A DNA stretch of 42,546 nt from positions 1 through 42,546 of IMG/VR virus record IMGVR_UViG_3300037440_000362. One strand, 5' to 3'. This document shows, piece by piece, positions 41,286 to 42,546 of this stretch (position 1 is its first letter; each line of letters begins with the position of its first letter). The translations under genes and the position numbers were made by a program. Below the pieces are notes generated by a model. It was not told the origin of the DNA. It saw only the letters and a program-made list of their open reading frames with translations, and made no database searches. Origin of the DNA: a virus (lineage: Duplodnaviria > Caudoviricetes).

Positions 41286-42332
41286 CTACTTCATGTAGCT
41301 CTTGAGAATGGCCTCACCACGTGCGCGGAACTTGTCCGAGTACGGATCGTCCTCGTCTTCGAGGGAAATCCGTTTGGGTTTCCGTGTGGTCTCCGCCTCG
41401 GTGGGAACCTTCGTGGTCTTCTTTCGTTTCCGAGTTCCCTTGGTGCTATCGGTAGTCGATGCGGTATCTTTTCCCGCCACTTTCGAGAATCGCTCCCAGT
41501 CGGAGCGCAGTGCATCCTCGAGTCGGCGGGCAACGTCCCTCGCGCTGGGCCACTGCCCTCCGCGAATGGCGTTAGCTGCTACTTCGCAGACGGTCTCGTA
41601 GGCTTGAGTAAAGTCGTCTTCGGCGAGGGCCTTCAGAAACGGCATGTCGGCGGGGATGTCTTTGACGACGGATCCCAGCTCGTTGTCCAGCGCTTCTAGT
41701 CGGGCCTGATACGCCACCCCTTCGCTATCGGGTGCGGGGTCCTTCTTGCCTTCGATCTTCTGCTTCAGGGCCTCCACTTCGGCGCGGAGGCTCTGCTGTT
41801 CAAATTTTGCTTGAAGCTCTGCCGGGGCGTCTTCGCCCAACTCTTTGTAGAGCAGCTTCGCGGCTACATCACCAGGGCTGAGCCCCAGCTCGGTCAGCGC
41901 GGCGTGCGGGTCTTGCCGGAGTCGCTGGTAACGGGCCTCTTGCTCCCGTAGAGCCTGCTCACGCTGTAGGAGGCTCTGCTCCTTTCGGGACAGGGCTGCG
42001 AGCTGCCGCTCGGTGAGAGAGGGCTCTTGCTCGCCAGGAGTCTCGCCACCAGCTTCTGCATCGCCAGCGTCTTCCCCGACCTCTTCGGCATCAGTCTCAC
42101 CAGCCTCGTCAAGTTCTCCGCTATCTGATTCTCCGTCACCATCAGCGTCCTCCTCCTCCTCCTCGCCAGCCTCGCTGCCATCGTCCTCAACAGCATCCGC
42201 CTCTACGTCAGGCTCTGCGGCCTCCTCGGGGGCGTAGTGCTTGGCGACAACCTCATCGAGGTTGGGGAAGAACTCGTGATCTTCATAGGGCGCGGCTTCG
42301 CCGGCGCTCTCTGTTTTGGTCTCGTCTGCCAT
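41286..42332 (-). CDS. Capsid scaffolding protein
   Basis: Very acidic N-terminus, coiled-coil centre, basic C-terminus; between portal and capsid genes. Confidence 0.7.
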   Translation of the reverse strand: MADETKTESAGEAAPYEDHEFFPNLDEVVAKHYAPEEAAEPDVEADAVEDDGSEAGEEEEEDADGDGESDSGELDEAGETDAEEVGEDAGDAEAGGETPGEQEPSLTERQLAALSRKEQSLLQREQALREQEARYQRLRQDPHAALTELGLSPGDVAAKLLYKELGEDAPAELQAKFEQQSLRAEVEALKQKIEGKKDPAPDSEGVAYQARLEALDNELGSVVKDIPADMPFLKALAEDDFTQAYETVCEVAANAIRGGQWPSARDVARRLEDALRSDWERFSKVAGKDTASTTDSTKGTRKRKKTTKVPTEAETTRKPKRISLEDEDDPYSDKFRARGEAILKSYMK

Positions 42333-42339
42333 TTGACCT

Positions 42340-42546
42340 TTACGCTGCTATCGGTGCCGACATCTCTGCCGGTGCGCCTTCCTGCATCGGCATACCTGGT
42401 GGCATCGCACCAGGCATCGGGGCAGGGGGCTGGAGCTTCTGTAGCTCTTGCACAGCCTGGACAACCCAGTTGCGCATACCTTCGAGGATGTCTTCCTCGG
42501 CTTCGCCGCGCTCGGCCTCGAGCATGGCAGCGGTCACGAGGTCAAC
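42340..42546 (-). CDS. Portal protein, C-terminal end
   Basis: In frame with 1..1726 via the overlap; Pro/Met/Gly/Ala-rich tail. Confidence 0.8.
   Translation of the reverse strand, partial: VDLVTAAMLEAERGEAEEDILEGMRNWVVQAVQELQKLQPPAPMPGAMPPGMPMQEGAPAEMSAPIAA
42420..42546. repeat. Terminal direct repeat, copy 2
   Basis: Identical to 1-127. Confidence 0.95.

Overview
This window is very probably a complete, circularly permuted temperate dsDNA phage genome of about 42,419 bp. Bases 1-127 are repeated exactly at 42420-42546, and the portal ORF reads in frame across that junction. Minus strand, about 25.8-42.5 kb continuing through 1-9.4 kb: lysis genes, three ejection-type internal virion proteins, tail-tube/adaptor proteins, major capsid, scaffold, portal, large terminase, GroES-like co-chaperonin, GNAT, Dam-type methyltransferase, tRNA-Thr(TGT), and a separate amidoligase + class-II glutamine amidotransferase operon. 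There is no tape-measure or sheath gene, so the virion is probably podovirus-like. Plus strand, about 9.7-25.7 kb: HNH/RHH, a tyrosine integrase followed by a tRNA-Leu 3'-half attP, a family A DNA polymerase split into exonuclease and polymerase genes, ERF, a Cas4-like nuclease, HNH, SSB, RepB-type primase, DnaB helicase, resolvase and nucleotide hydrolases. High GC, sigma54-like sites and a PDAGP/Cys-rich lipoprotein hint at a Myxococcota-like host (inference only). The most unusual features are: a ~290-nt multi-branch structured RNA between a consensus promoter and the tRNA; a ~100-nt hairpin RNA plus five AGGYGNYTTAGA-like boxes around an HNH-RHH ORF, with no CI/Cro; an attP placed so that integration separates the replication genes from their upstream promoters; a lipoprotein trypsin-protease/M15-peptidase fusion as endolysin; and clustered clamp-binding-like motifs in an ejection protein. 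All calls come from motif reading by eye; no searches were run.
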